From: Burkholderiales bacterium
GTDB taxonomy: Bacteria; Pseudomonadota; Gammaproteobacteria; Burkholderiales; Usitatibacteraceae
Assembly: GCA_043780475.1 (NCBI GenBank)
Contig: JAYWCO010000451.1
Span: 1 to 34,436, forward strand
Direction of reading: 5' to 3'
Length of the DNA: 34,436 bases
Shown: positions 9,088 through 18,145 of the stretch, piece after piece
Numbering within the stretch: the first letter of the stretch is position 1
Layout: each line of letters opens with the position of its first letter
Program-made: the position numbers and the translations under genes
The notes under the pieces: generated by a model
Told to the model about the DNA's origin: nothing
Database searches by the model: none
What the model saw: the letters and a program-made list of their open reading frames with translations, nothing else

Positions 9088-9759
9088 ATGAGCGCTCGAA
9101 GTCAACTCACCGCCGCCTTAACCGATGCTCGCGAGCAATGGCGCGGGAATCCGCGCCTGCGCTATGGCGTGTATGTCATCGCGGCGATTATGTGTATTTA
9201 CGGTATTTTAGTGCTGCGCGATGCCGTCACCGCCAAGCGCGAAGCCTGGGCCGCCACCGAGGCACGTATTGCGCGTGCCCGCGCATTGGCCAATTCAGGC
9301 GATTGGGTAAATCGTGCCAGTGAAGTTAAAGCTGCGATGAGCGAATTTGAAAGTTTGCTCTGGAAGGAAGGCAGCTTAGGGTTGGCGCAAGCAGCTGTTC
9401 AAGAGTCTGTTACGCGCACCTTGACCAGCGCCGGGCTAACCGCGCGGCAGGTTAAAGTGACCGTCAGCGATGCCCCGCTGTCAGCCGAGATGCCTGAAAT
9501 AGTCCCGATCCGCGCTCGTGTCCTAATCGATTTTCGGCCCTTGGCTGTGAATGCCTGGCTCGCCGCGATGGCGCGTGATGTGAGTGAAAAAAGGCCGGCC
9601 ATGGTGATTGAGAGTCTGACCATCAGAGGCGCACCGGCGCCGGTTGCAGATATCGAATTAGTGGCGTATGCGCTACGACCCGAAGCGATTCCGATCACTA
9701 ACAATATCAAGTCCGCCGGGAACACAGCAACGGGAAACACAAGCGGAGGCGCAAAATGA
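9088..9759 (+). CDS. GspM/PilO-like inner-membrane assembly protein (tentative, 223 aa)
   Basis: Short cytoplasmic N-terminus, single TM (YGVYVIAAIMCIYGILVL), periplasmic domain. It starts 3 nt after the L-like stop, and its stop overlaps the next start (ATGA at 9756-9759). Confidence 0.5.
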   Translation: MSARSQLTAALTDAREQWRGNPRLRYGVYVIAAIMCIYGILVLRDAVTAKREAWAATEARIARARALANSGDWVNRASEVKAAMSEFESLLWKEGSLGLAQAAVQESVTRTLTSAGLTARQVKVTVSDAPLSAEMPEIVPIRARVLIDFRPLAVNAWLAAMARDVSEKRPAMVIESLTIRGAPAPVADIELVAYALRPEAIPITNNIKSAGNTATGNTSGGAK

Positions 9760-10217
9760 GGCCGCGCCAAATTTTTATCTACTGGTTATGGGCGGTCGCG
9801 ATTTTAGGGCTGGTGGTCGTGCTACTAGTGCCCGCACCGGCCATCGATCCAGCTACTCTCACCGTAGCGCGTGCTGATGAAGGTTGGCGCGTGACTCGCT
9901 TGAACATCACCAACCGTGCCACGGATAATTTGGCTGAACTGACCCGCAGTAATTTATGGGGCGGGCAATTTCAAACCGACGGTGAGGTTGATGAACGCGC
10001 CAAACGCTGGCGCGTGGCCGGCGTGGCCGGTCAAGCCCGCGACCGTGTAGTGCTGGTACAGTTTGGCGATGATCGAATTTTACCGTTGAAGGTAGGTGAA
10101 AAATTTCCGGACGGCACACCGATCGTGGATATCAAGGACAATGGTGTGTGCGTCAATATTGAGGGCAAGAAGCGTTTGCTACCGCTGGCCGAACAAACAA
10201 TTCCGATTGTATGGTGA
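9756..10217 (+). CDS. GspC(HR domain)/PilP/GspN-like secretin-coupling protein (tentative, 153 aa)
   Basis: N-terminal TM (IFIYWLWAVAILGLVVVLLV) followed by a small beta-rich domain: RWRVAGVAGQARDRVVLVQFGDDRILPLKVGEKFPDGTPIVDIKDNGVCVNIEGKKRLLPL. GGAGG RBS at 9745-9749. It overlaps the secretin start by 7 nt. Confidence 0.45.
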   Translation: MRPRQIFIYWLWAVAILGLVVVLLVPAPAIDPATLTVARADEGWRVTRLNITNRATDNLAELTRSNLWGGQFQTDGEVDERAKRWRVAGVAGQARDRVVLVQFGDDRILPLKVGEKFPDGTPIVDIKDNGVCVNIEGKKRLLPLAEQTIPIVW

Positions 10218-12475
10218 TGATGAAAACAAAATTGATGAGAACCCGGTCGGCCCACGCGGTCATGTTGGCTTTGGGTTTAGGTATAGGGTTACAACTGGGC
10301 GGCTGCGCAACCGAGCCAGTGATTCCCGCCAAACTGGACCTGCCGCCACGCGCGCCGTCACTATTTGACATCGCACCCAGCGCTGTGACCGCGAGCGTTG
10401 CCACCAATAGCGCCAAGAGCGGTGGCACCGCCATCATCGCGGACAATCCCAAACCGCCGTTATTGCCCAACAAGCCTGCGCAAGCGGCTGCTACGGTTGT
10501 TACTTCAGGGCAATCAGCCGATGTCACGCTTAATTTTGATTCGTTGCCGCTGCCCGCATTTATCCAGACAGTCTATGCCACCGTGCTAAAACGCAATATC
10601 AGTATTGACCCTGCAGTGATGGCGCGAAAGGATTTAGTTACGTTGCGCAGCGGTAAAGCATTGACCGCGGGCGAAGCTGAAAATAGTGCGCGTCTGTTGC
10701 TCAAAAGCTACGGCATTGCGGTGCAGGATATTGGCGGTTTGATTCGCATCGTGCCGGACAGTATCAACACCGGCTACCTGCCTGAAATTCGCCGTGGCCG
10801 GGCGCTGCCGGATACGCCGTTACCGCTGCGTCCCGTGTTCCAGCTGGTAGAACTGCAAGCGGTGCGCAATACCGAAATCATCAGCTACATTAAAACGTTA
10901 TTCGGTGAAAAAATTCGCGTCACTGAAGATCCGATTCGCAATTCCCTGCTTCTGGCGGGCAATGGTGATGATGTGCAAGCCGCGCTGGAAGCGATTCAAA
11001 TGCTCGACCAGCCGCTGTTCAAAGGCCGCAACTCTATTCGCATCACCCCGCTGATTTGGTCGGCTGAGGAATTGGTTAAACGCTTGACCGAGATTTTGAC
11101 GCAGGAAGGTTATGCGGTAGGCACAACCACGCCCGGCTCGGTTCAATATCCGATCACGCTTTTGCCGGTAGCCGGTATCAATAGTGTGATTGTGTTTGCT
11201 CAATCCAAAGAGATCATCAACCATATCGCGGAATGGGCGCAGACGCTGGATAAACCCGCTGAAAAAAGTGTAGGGCGAAGCTTTTTTAGCTACCAGGTCC
11301 AAAATACCGATGCCTCGCGCTTAGCCGAAACGCTGCAACAATTATTGAGCAGCAGCGGCGCCAGCGGCAGCAACAAAGGCTTGGCCGCCGCGAATATGTC
11401 AAGTCCTAGTAACACCCCTTCCACCACCGCGACAGGCGCACCCACGGTGCGTGCCACCGGTAATGTAGTGGTTGATGCTGGCACCAACACCATCCTGTTT
11501 CGCGCCAACGGCGAGGACTATACCGACATGATTCGCCTGCTGCGCGAGCTGGATCGCCCCACTCGGCAGGTCTTGATTGAAGTCACTGTTGCTGAGGTAT
11601 CACTCGATGATACGACTGCGGTGGGGGTTGACTGGATATTCAAGGCGCTCAACCGAACCGGGCTCAATGTGACTTCGCTGGGCGGCAACACGGGCGTGGT
11701 TAACAAGGTCGATACCACCGCAACGGCGGCGGGTACTGGGGGAACCGCAACTACTCCTCCGGCCCCTCTGCCTAGCGGCATCGGCAGGTCTACCCTGTTA
11801 GGGGAAATCACTGGCTTTGTGGTGGGTCAACTTGATGGCAGCGGCAACCCTCGCGTGGTACTTTCTGCACTCGCTCAGCTGACTAAAACCAATATTTTAT
11901 CGACCCCGCGAATCCAGGCGCGTAATGGTGAAACCGCGACCATTCGTGTGGGTGACGAAGTGCCGATCAATACCGGTCAGCAAAGTACCGCTTCGGGCAC
12001 CATCACGACCACGCAATATCGCAGCACCGGCACGATCCTGCGCATCAAGCCGGTGGTGCATTCATCAGATCAGGTCGATATCGATATCAGCCAGGAAAAC
12101 AGCATTGTCAAAAGTGTCGCTGGCGCAAGCGGGATCAATCCCACGATCAGCACCCGCGCCCTAGATACCAAGCTGACGCTGCGTCATGGCGAGACTTTTG
12201 TGATGGGCGGCTTAATATCCAACACCACTTCCAACACCGATAGCGGAGTGCCGTTCTTGAAGGACATTCCGATTTTGGGTTATGCGTTCAAAAAGAACTC
12301 GACCACGCTCGCACGGACTGAATTGATTGTGCTCATCACGCCCTACATCATCAATGATTCAACTGAGGCACGCGCCGTGACGGATGCGTTCCGGAAACAG
12401 CTCGGCCCGTGGGCGCAAGCGCAACCCAAGCTGGCGCCTGAGCAAAAAACGATGGCGGCGCCCAGCAACGAGTAA
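10211..12475 (+). CDS. Secretin (GspD/PilQ family) with lipoprotein signal (liposecretin-like, 754 aa)
   Basis: Lipobox LGIGLQLGG|C. N-domain repeats. C-terminal secretin domain with GVPFLKDIPILGYAFK and TELIVLITPYII. Two Ser/Thr/Ala/Gly-rich inserts. Confidence 0.9.
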   Translation: MVMMKTKLMRTRSAHAVMLALGLGIGLQLGGCATEPVIPAKLDLPPRAPSLFDIAPSAVTASVATNSAKSGGTAIIADNPKPPLLPNKPAQAAATVVTSGQSADVTLNFDSLPLPAFIQTVYATVLKRNISIDPAVMARKDLVTLRSGKALTAGEAENSARLLLKSYGIAVQDIGGLIRIVPDSINTGYLPEIRRGRALPDTPLPLRPVFQLVELQAVRNTEIISYIKTLFGEKIRVTEDPIRNSLLLAGNGDDVQAALEAIQMLDQPLFKGRNSIRITPLIWSAEELVKRLTEILTQEGYAVGTTTPGSVQYPITLLPVAGINSVIVFAQSKEIINHIAEWAQTLDKPAEKSVGRSFFSYQVQNTDASRLAETLQQLLSSSGASGSNKGLAAANMSSPSNTPSTTATGAPTVRATGNVVVDAGTNTILFRANGEDYTDMIRLLRELDRPTRQVLIEVTVAEVSLDDTTAVGVDWIFKALNRTGLNVTSLGGNTGVVNKVDTTATAAGTGGTATTPPAPLPSGIGRSTLLGEITGFVVGQLDGSGNPRVVLSALAQLTKTNILSTPRIQARNGETATIRVGDEVPINTGQQSTASGTITTTQYRSTGTILRIKPVVHSSDQVDIDISQENSIVKSVAGASGINPTISTRALDTKLTLRHGETFVMGGLISNTTSNTDSGVPFLKDIPILGYAFKKNSTTLARTELIVLITPYIINDSTEARAVTDAFRKQLGPWAQAQPKLAPEQKTMAAPSNE

Positions 12476-12476
12476 A

Positions 12477-14654
12477 TCAGGGAGCGGGCTCAATCGCCGC
12501 CAGCACGATGGCGGGGGTTAATAATTCCGGCAAGATTATCGGCTCTCCCTGAGCTGGGTAAAACACATAGAGCGGCACACCGTTACGGCCAAATTCGGCG
12601 AGCGTTGCGGTGATCACCGGGTCTTTCACGGTCCAATCGGCCTTCATCCGCACCACCGATAATGCCTGAAAGCGATTGATCACCTCGGCCTGATTCAGCG
12701 CGGCGCGTTTATTGACCTGGCAGGTGATACACCAAGTAGCGGTGAAATCAACGAACACCGGTTTTCCCTGCGCACGCAGCTCGGTAATTTTGGCCGGTGA
12801 GAACGACACCCAACCGTCTTCAAGCTTGGCTTGCGGGAGGTTCTGCGTTTCCCCTGAGGGCCAGGCCAACGCGATGCCGACGGCCACGCCGATCAAGCCC
12901 AATGCGATGGCGAGCATCGGTTTTTTAACCTGCCAGCGCCCATACGCCCATGCCGCAAACGCGATCGTGGTCAGCGCCGCGAGTAATTTGGTCACGCCAT
13001 CATTGCCTGTCTGTGCGCCCAATACCCAGGCCAGCCAGACGACGGTGGCATACAGCGGGAACGCCATGAATTGTTTGAACGTCTCCATCCACGCACCCGG
13101 TCTGGGCAAAAACCTTAACCACGCAGGCACGAACGAGAGCAATAGCACCGGCAACGCAAGCCCGACCGCAATCGCCAAAAACACCAGCAATGCAATCGGC
13201 GCGCTTTGGCTTAGCGTGAATCCCACGGATGCACCCAGACCTGGCGCCATGCATGGTGTGGCCACCAGCGTAGCCAGCACGCCGGATGCGAATGCACCGG
13301 CGAGCGGATTTTTTTGCGCCTTCATTTCGGCCTGACCTGCCGCCGATTGCAATGAGGTGCCGATTTCAAACGCCCCTGATAGATTCAACGCCATGACAAA
13401 AAATATGATCGCGAGCAGCACGATGAAGCCTGGCTCTTGCAACTGGAACCCCCAGCCAATCGATTGGCCCGCCGCACGCAGCGTCAACATCAGCGCTGCC
13501 AGCACCACAAACGACACCACCACCCCGGCAAAAAATGCGAGCCCCTGGCGGCGCAGGATACGGGCATCGCCGTGGGCGTTTTCCACAAAGCCCATCACCT
13601 TGATACCCAGCACTGGAAACACGCAAGGCATCAGATTAAGCACCAAGCCGCCCAGCAACGCGGCTCCAATTGCTGCAAACAAACCCAAGGCGGGGAGCGC
13701 ACCTTGAGCCATTTTTGGCTTGATAGCCACTCCAGTGCTAGGGTTTGAATTTACCGCATAACTAACCGGCGCCGCAATCGCCACGGCTTTACCCACATGC
13801 GCGCGACCCCAATTATTCGATGTCACCAATACGCCATCGAGTATTTTAAGATCGCTCACCACAGGATCCGCCAATGGCATCGTCAGCCTGAAACTTTCCC
13901 GCCCACCTTCGGTAAGCCGCGTCAGCACTTGCTTGCCGGCGTTGGCGATAACATCGTCGCGGATCGGATAAAACGCGATGTCCTCGATATCCTTGAACTC
14001 AACGGTTTCGCCTGACGGCGGCATCAGATCAATTTGCAGACCCTCTGCGGAGAGCCGGGCGCTGCTATTCCAGCCTGATAATGGCGTGGGCAATGCTGCA
14101 TGTGCAGCCGTAAATGCGCTAGCCCAGCGCGCGTCCGGTCGGTTAGTCGCCCCAGCAGCAGCGACCGGCAAGGTGATCGAAACTTGGCCGTCTTCGGGAA
14201 TACATACATCCGCACACACCAGCCATTCGGCCTTGGCACTCAGCGTAATTTTCTCGCCAGCCTTCAACGTATTAGGCGTTTGAATCGTGACCAGATGCAG
14301 CACCTCGCCCTCGTAGCCAAAATTCATCAGCGGGCCCAGCGGTAATTTTTTTGGGTACGGCCAATCGATGGCACTTGCGGTAAAACCGCCAGGCAAATTC
14401 CATTTGAGTTTGGTCGGCAAACCCGAATCTCCCGGGTTTCGCCAGTAGGTGTGCCAGTGCTCGATGATATTCAAGCGCAGCGCCACCTCGATACTCTGCC
14501 CCGGAACAATGGCCGTATGACGCGCAATTAGCTCGGCCTCAACATGCGGCGTTTTAACGACTGCAGCACCTGCCATGGCGTCGGCCTGTGTGCCGATGAA
14601 AATAAATATTGTGGCCAGCAAGATTGAGAAAAAATGCGTTATGAGTTTAGGCAT
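12477..14654 (-). CDS. dsbD: DsbD-family protein-disulfide reductase (N-terminal DsbD-alpha/ScsB-like domain, CcdA-type membrane core, C-terminal thioredoxin)
   Basis: Signal peptide, CADVCIP motif, membrane core with MPCVFPVL and ATPCMAP, C-terminal thioredoxin WCITCQ. Start at ATG 14654 (MPKLITHFF...). Confidence 0.85.
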   Translation of the reverse strand: MPKLITHFFSILLATIFIFIGTQADAMAGAAVVKTPHVEAELIARHTAIVPGQSIEVALRLNIIEHWHTYWRNPGDSGLPTKLKWNLPGGFTASAIDWPYPKKLPLGPLMNFGYEGEVLHLVTIQTPNTLKAGEKITLSAKAEWLVCADVCIPEDGQVSITLPVAAAGATNRPDARWASAFTAAHAALPTPLSGWNSSARLSAEGLQIDLMPPSGETVEFKDIEDIAFYPIRDDVIANAGKQVLTRLTEGGRESFRLTMPLADPVVSDLKILDGVLVTSNNWGRAHVGKAVAIAAPVSYAVNSNPSTGVAIKPKMAQGALPALGLFAAIGAALLGGLVLNLMPCVFPVLGIKVMGFVENAHGDARILRRQGLAFFAGVVVSFVVLAALMLTLRAAGQSIGWGFQLQEPGFIVLLAIIFFVMALNLSGAFEIGTSLQSAAGQAEMKAQKNPLAGAFASGVLATLVATPCMAPGLGASVGFTLSQSAPIALLVFLAIAVGLALPVLLLSFVPAWLRFLPRPGAWMETFKQFMAFPLYATVVWLAWVLGAQTGNDGVTKLLAALTTIAFAAWAYGRWQVKKPMLAIALGLIGVAVGIALAWPSGETQNLPQAKLEDGWVSFSPAKITELRAQGKPVFVDFTATWCITCQVNKRAALNQAEVINRFQALSVVRMKADWTVKDPVITATLAEFGRNGVPLYVFYPAQGEPIILPELLTPAIVLAAIEPAP

Positions 14655-14841
14655 GGAACATTCAATAGTTGCGTAAAAAATGCCGCACATGACCTTCGCT
14701 ACGGCTGGCGGAGAATAAAAAATGCGGGCGTGCGCATTCCGAAGATGATTTTAAATACGAAAGGGCTTGCCGTACAGATGTGAACGGAATGCAGATATTG
14801 ACCCATGGACAACCGGTGAGAGAGTATGCGCTCAAGAAGGG

Positions 14842-14915
14842 TGGTGCCCACAGTCTGGATTGAACAGACGACCTACCGCTTACAAAGCGGTTGAAAGGCG
14901 ATTTTCTATACGCAC
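14842..14915 (-). pseudogene. Degenerate tRNA-Thr(UGU): 3' 50 nt intact, 5' part non-canonical
   Basis: The reverse strand from 14891 to 14842 reads ACCGC-TTTGTAA-GCGGT (anticodon UGU), AGGTC, GTCTG-TTCAATC-CAGAC, TGTGGGC-A-CCA. The 5' part GTGCGTA-TA-GAAA-ATCGCC-TTTC pairs poorly with the acceptor 3' strand (one mismatch, three G-U) and lacks the D-loop GG. Confidence 0.6.
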
Positions 14916-15162
14916 GATTCCAAAATTTATCGAGAAAAATTGGTTTTAATTCCAATAGTTACCTACGGAATTTCAAAATTTATTGTAACTCAATGTGTTG
15001 CGCGTTTTGCCCATTTAATGGCCAGCAAATGGCCACGCATGAAAATTGAAGGTGCCGAGTTAAAGCGAAAAACCGGCAAAATTTGGAAACTGGTAAGACT
15101 CAAATGCTCAATAATTTCACCGCGTATTTTCCCGTCATGCCATAGCTTGTTGGCGCCAATGC

Positions 15163-15294
15163 GCGTTTGACCTGAGCTACCGATTTTGACTGACCCACCG
15201 CAAATTGGCGAAACCCCTGAATAGGCAACGGTTCGCGAGGGCTTCTGCTGGGTCAATAAAATGTCGGCAAGTGGGTCAATTTGGTTTCGGCGGC
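15163..15294 (+). repeat. Left copy of a long imperfect inverted repeat (partner at 25257-25370)
   Basis: Hand alignment of 15201-15294 to the reverse complement of 25257-25349 gives roughly 85 percent identity. This includes a perfect 23-mer, ccctgaataggcaacggttcgcg (15215-15237 vs 25313-25335). It contains three copies of a ~19-nt motif GTGGGTCAAT-N5-6-TCGG at 15180-15198 (inverted), 15248-15267 and 15271-15290. Confidence 0.8.
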
Positions 15295-16334
15295 AACAGC
15301 ACTAGCCATAAATCCAGTACCGGAAAGCCTTAGGCAGATTCGAGGATCCGGAATCGCGAGTTAAAAAAGCCATGAAAGTTGATCAAGTACCAGCCGCCAA
15401 TCCAACCGACTTGGGGTAACTCGCTTGTCAACTATTTGCTTTACATCTACGAAAGAGAAACAATTTTGATGTCAAAAATTGCAACACACACTAACTATTG
15501 ACTAGAAATTTGGTGTTCATGGCCGGACGGTGAATTGCGTTGGGCAAGCAATGGTAATCGTATTTGCATGCGCCTTGGCCAGCGTGTCCACCCAGTCAAA
15601 GGGTATATTGCCGACGTGCGTTCGTTTCCTCGATGGGGCAAAGGTTTAGTCTTGGCCAACTTTGGTTGTCGCGTTTCTAGAAAATCAAGCCGAAACCAAA
15701 GTGTGAGCGGCGATTCTGCAAAAGAACGCAGTTACTGGCTTCGGGTATAGAGCGCTGAGATATCCGAGCCCAGTCTATTTTGTAGCGATGGATTGGTCGG
15801 TGCGTTGAATTGCAGTGAAATTTGAGCCCAGTTGAGCAGTAAATTTTATAAAAAATAGCCTCACATCAAACCACAATTCCATTTTATTTTACGCTGCGAG
15901 ACGGAGTGGCGAGTTGGGTTAGCATTCTCAGCTGTCAACGCTTCTTCCTAGCCAAATTGAGTGCACTACGCATGCTGATACCTCTGATAAGCTGGTCGAT
16001 GCTGGACTGGCTGGAGGGAACAACCCGACCGCAGAAGCCTGGAAACGGAAGCCATCCCCACTCAGAAACACGGTCACCGATTCGGAAAATTGCGCTGATC
16101 TGAGCACTAATCCCGCCTCAACCCGGACCGCCGTTAGCTCAAATCCACTGTCCGGCGCGGCCTTCTCAAACCGAGTTTTTTGGAGCGGTGTCGCTAACTG
16201 TCCTCCATCCTAGGCAGGCTTGTTGCCAGTCGCCGCCGAAAAGCCAGGTCGTTTTCGTCGTTAGCTTTGCGCTCCAGCAGTAGCACGTCTTTCTGTTGCA
16301 TCGATTCTGGCGGTGCCGATGTCGTCGTCACAAT

Positions 16335-16796
16335 TTACTGAAACGGAACGCCGCCACTATTGGACAGCTGGCTTTCTGCCTCTCCCGCAAGCAGCAAATA
16401 TTCACTGTAAAGCCGGCCGCTCATATCGGCTTCGAGCGGGCAGTCGTGTACTACAAACCCCGGATGATGACTGGACTTTGATGTCGCGGCATCCAACAAG
16501 CAAACCATATCGTCTATAAGCATCTCAAGGACCTGGTAAGCCTCACCCTCCCGAGCAAGCTGAAAGGGTCTCATTTCACTATCCGATATGAAGCGGCCAT
16601 GCTCGCCTTCGCCTAGTATCCTGGCAGCCACTAACGCCGTCGGCGCTTTGATTTGTTCCCGTCGCTCGTCACGCTCTATTCCGCGCTTTACAACGGTGAC
16701 TTTGTGTTCATTTCGGTCGCGAGTCAATAACTTTTTCCTCGCTTGGGCTCGTTGCAGGGGATGCACAAGCGCATCGGTTAGCCAAAGCGCCCGCAC
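16335..16796 (-). CDS. Hypothetical protein (153 aa from a GTG start); possibly a 5'-damaged gene
   Basis: ORF only, with no recognisable motif. The frame stays open and protein-like for 21 more codons upstream (VIYIVGNGADDQPQDSLKSAK) without any ATG/GTG/TTG. Confidence 0.35.
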   Translation of the reverse strand: MRALWLTDALVHPLQRAQARKKLLTRDRNEHKVTVVKRGIERDERREQIKAPTALVAARILGEGEHGRFISDSEMRPFQLAREGEAYQVLEMLIDDMVCLLDAATSKSSHHPGFVVHDCPLEADMSGRLYSEYLLLAGEAESQLSNSGGVPFQ

Positions 16797-16897
16797 TTTA
16801 GCCGATTTTAGCGAATCTTGCGGCTGATCGTCTGCACCATTACCAACGATATAAATGACCTACGCAACAGCGCAGCTTCCGCTCTGCATACCCCAAT

Positions 16898-18100
16898 TCA
16901 AATTAATCCAATGTCTTTTGGCTGGGCACCGACGAAGATTTTTGTTAGCTGCGTATTGCTTAATCCGTACATACGCTGAAACAAGCCACCGAATACCGCG
17001 CGATATTCGTTTAGCACCGGATAATCACGATTCTGGAACAAAGATTTCTGTTCGACGGCGACATTTTCGCCAGCAATTTGCCCACCCTTAATCGATCCGC
17101 CCAGCACCCAATAGACGCTGCCATGCCCATGATCCGTACCACGGTTACCGTTCTCACGAAAAGTGCGGCCGAATTCGCTGACCACCACGACCACCGTGTT
17201 GCGCCATTCGTTACCCATTTCGTTGGCAAATGCGGCAAGTCCGCGACCAAGCTCATCAAAACGGCCAGCCAGATACCCAGTAGCGTTACCTTGGGCAACG
17301 TGGGTATCCCAACCGCCGACATCGACAAATCCAATGTTGTGCTTGTCCTTCATCAGCTTGGCGATGCGGCGCGCTTCCAGCTCAAAACCTTTTGCTGAAA
17401 TCGCATTGCGGCTCGCCCCGTCCATTTCAGCCGTCAATTCACGCATCACTTCATCACGAATAGTAAAACCCTCGCCAACGCGCTGCTCAAGCGGCGTTCC
17501 CCGGTACATCGCCGCAATCATTGCCGTTTGCCTGGCATCTAGCGCGGGTTTTGAAACAGAGCGCAACGCGGTGTTGGGGATTTGCATGCTGCCCTGTAGC
17601 ACGATGGGCAATTGATCCGTAAACGCAATGGCACCTTGGCTATTCAAAGTAACAGCAAGCCGATTCAGAAAGCCCGACTGATAATTGCGCCCCTGATTGA
17701 GTGGTTGGCCCAGTTCAATGCTGTCTTGCGTTTCAAAATGACTGCGCGACAGGTCGTCAATTCCGGCAAATGGGATAAAGGCGGCCTGTCCGGCAGTAAA
17801 CAGCGGATAAATCGATTCGCGCAGTGTGGGATGCAGCCCCCAATCTGTACTGAGCGGCAGTGCCGTATTGGCCACAGTGCCGGGTGCAGGAATGGCGATA
17901 TTCGGGCGTGCCTCATAGTAAAACTTGCTCGATATCGGTACCAGCAAGCTGGCTGCATCATAGCCACCTCGCATGAATACCACCAGCAAGCGGTTGCTGG
18001 TGGTCGGCGCGGCGAACAATCGCCCCACGCGCAGCGTAGAAGTGGCCGCATAAGCCGTCGCGGCTACAGCCGCGCATTTCAATAATTGACGACGATTCAT
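16898..18100 (-). CDS. DUF1501 family protein (sulfatase/phosphatase-like fold) with Tat signal (400 aa)
   Basis: Twin-arginine leader MNRRQLLKCAAVAATAYA. DUF1501-type motifs LVVFMRGGYDAASLL and DVGGWDTHVAQG. GGAGA RBS 8 nt upstream. Confidence 0.85.
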   Translation of the reverse strand: MNRRQLLKCAAVAATAYAATSTLRVGRLFAAPTTSNRLLVVFMRGGYDAASLLVPISSKFYYEARPNIAIPAPGTVANTALPLSTDWGLHPTLRESIYPLFTAGQAAFIPFAGIDDLSRSHFETQDSIELGQPLNQGRNYQSGFLNRLAVTLNSQGAIAFTDQLPIVLQGSMQIPNTALRSVSKPALDARQTAMIAAMYRGTPLEQRVGEGFTIRDEVMRELTAEMDGASRNAISAKGFELEARRIAKLMKDKHNIGFVDVGGWDTHVAQGNATGYLAGRFDELGRGLAAFANEMGNEWRNTVVVVVSEFGRTFRENGNRGTDHGHGSVYWVLGGSIKGGQIAGENVAVEQKSLFQNRDYPVLNEYRAVFGGLFQRMYGLSNTQLTKIFVGAQPKDIGLI

Positions 18101-18145
18101 CTCAACATCTCCGGGGACAATGACAGGTATTCATGCAGCGGTTAC

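Noticed and set aside
12712-14345. Several 70-207-aa ORFs on both strands inside dsbD
   Set aside because: They are alternative-frame or antisense shadows of a well-supported 725-aa DsbD-family gene.
14842-14915. Functional tRNA-Thr gene
   Set aside because: The acceptor stem has one mismatch and three G-U pairs, and the D-loop lacks the conserved GG. I call it a relic, not a working tRNA.
14662-15256. Four overlapping 60-97-aa ORFs around the tRNA relic
   Set aside because: They have no RBS, motifs or mutual consistency. One runs straight through the tRNA-like sequence. The region looks like AT-rich decayed DNA.
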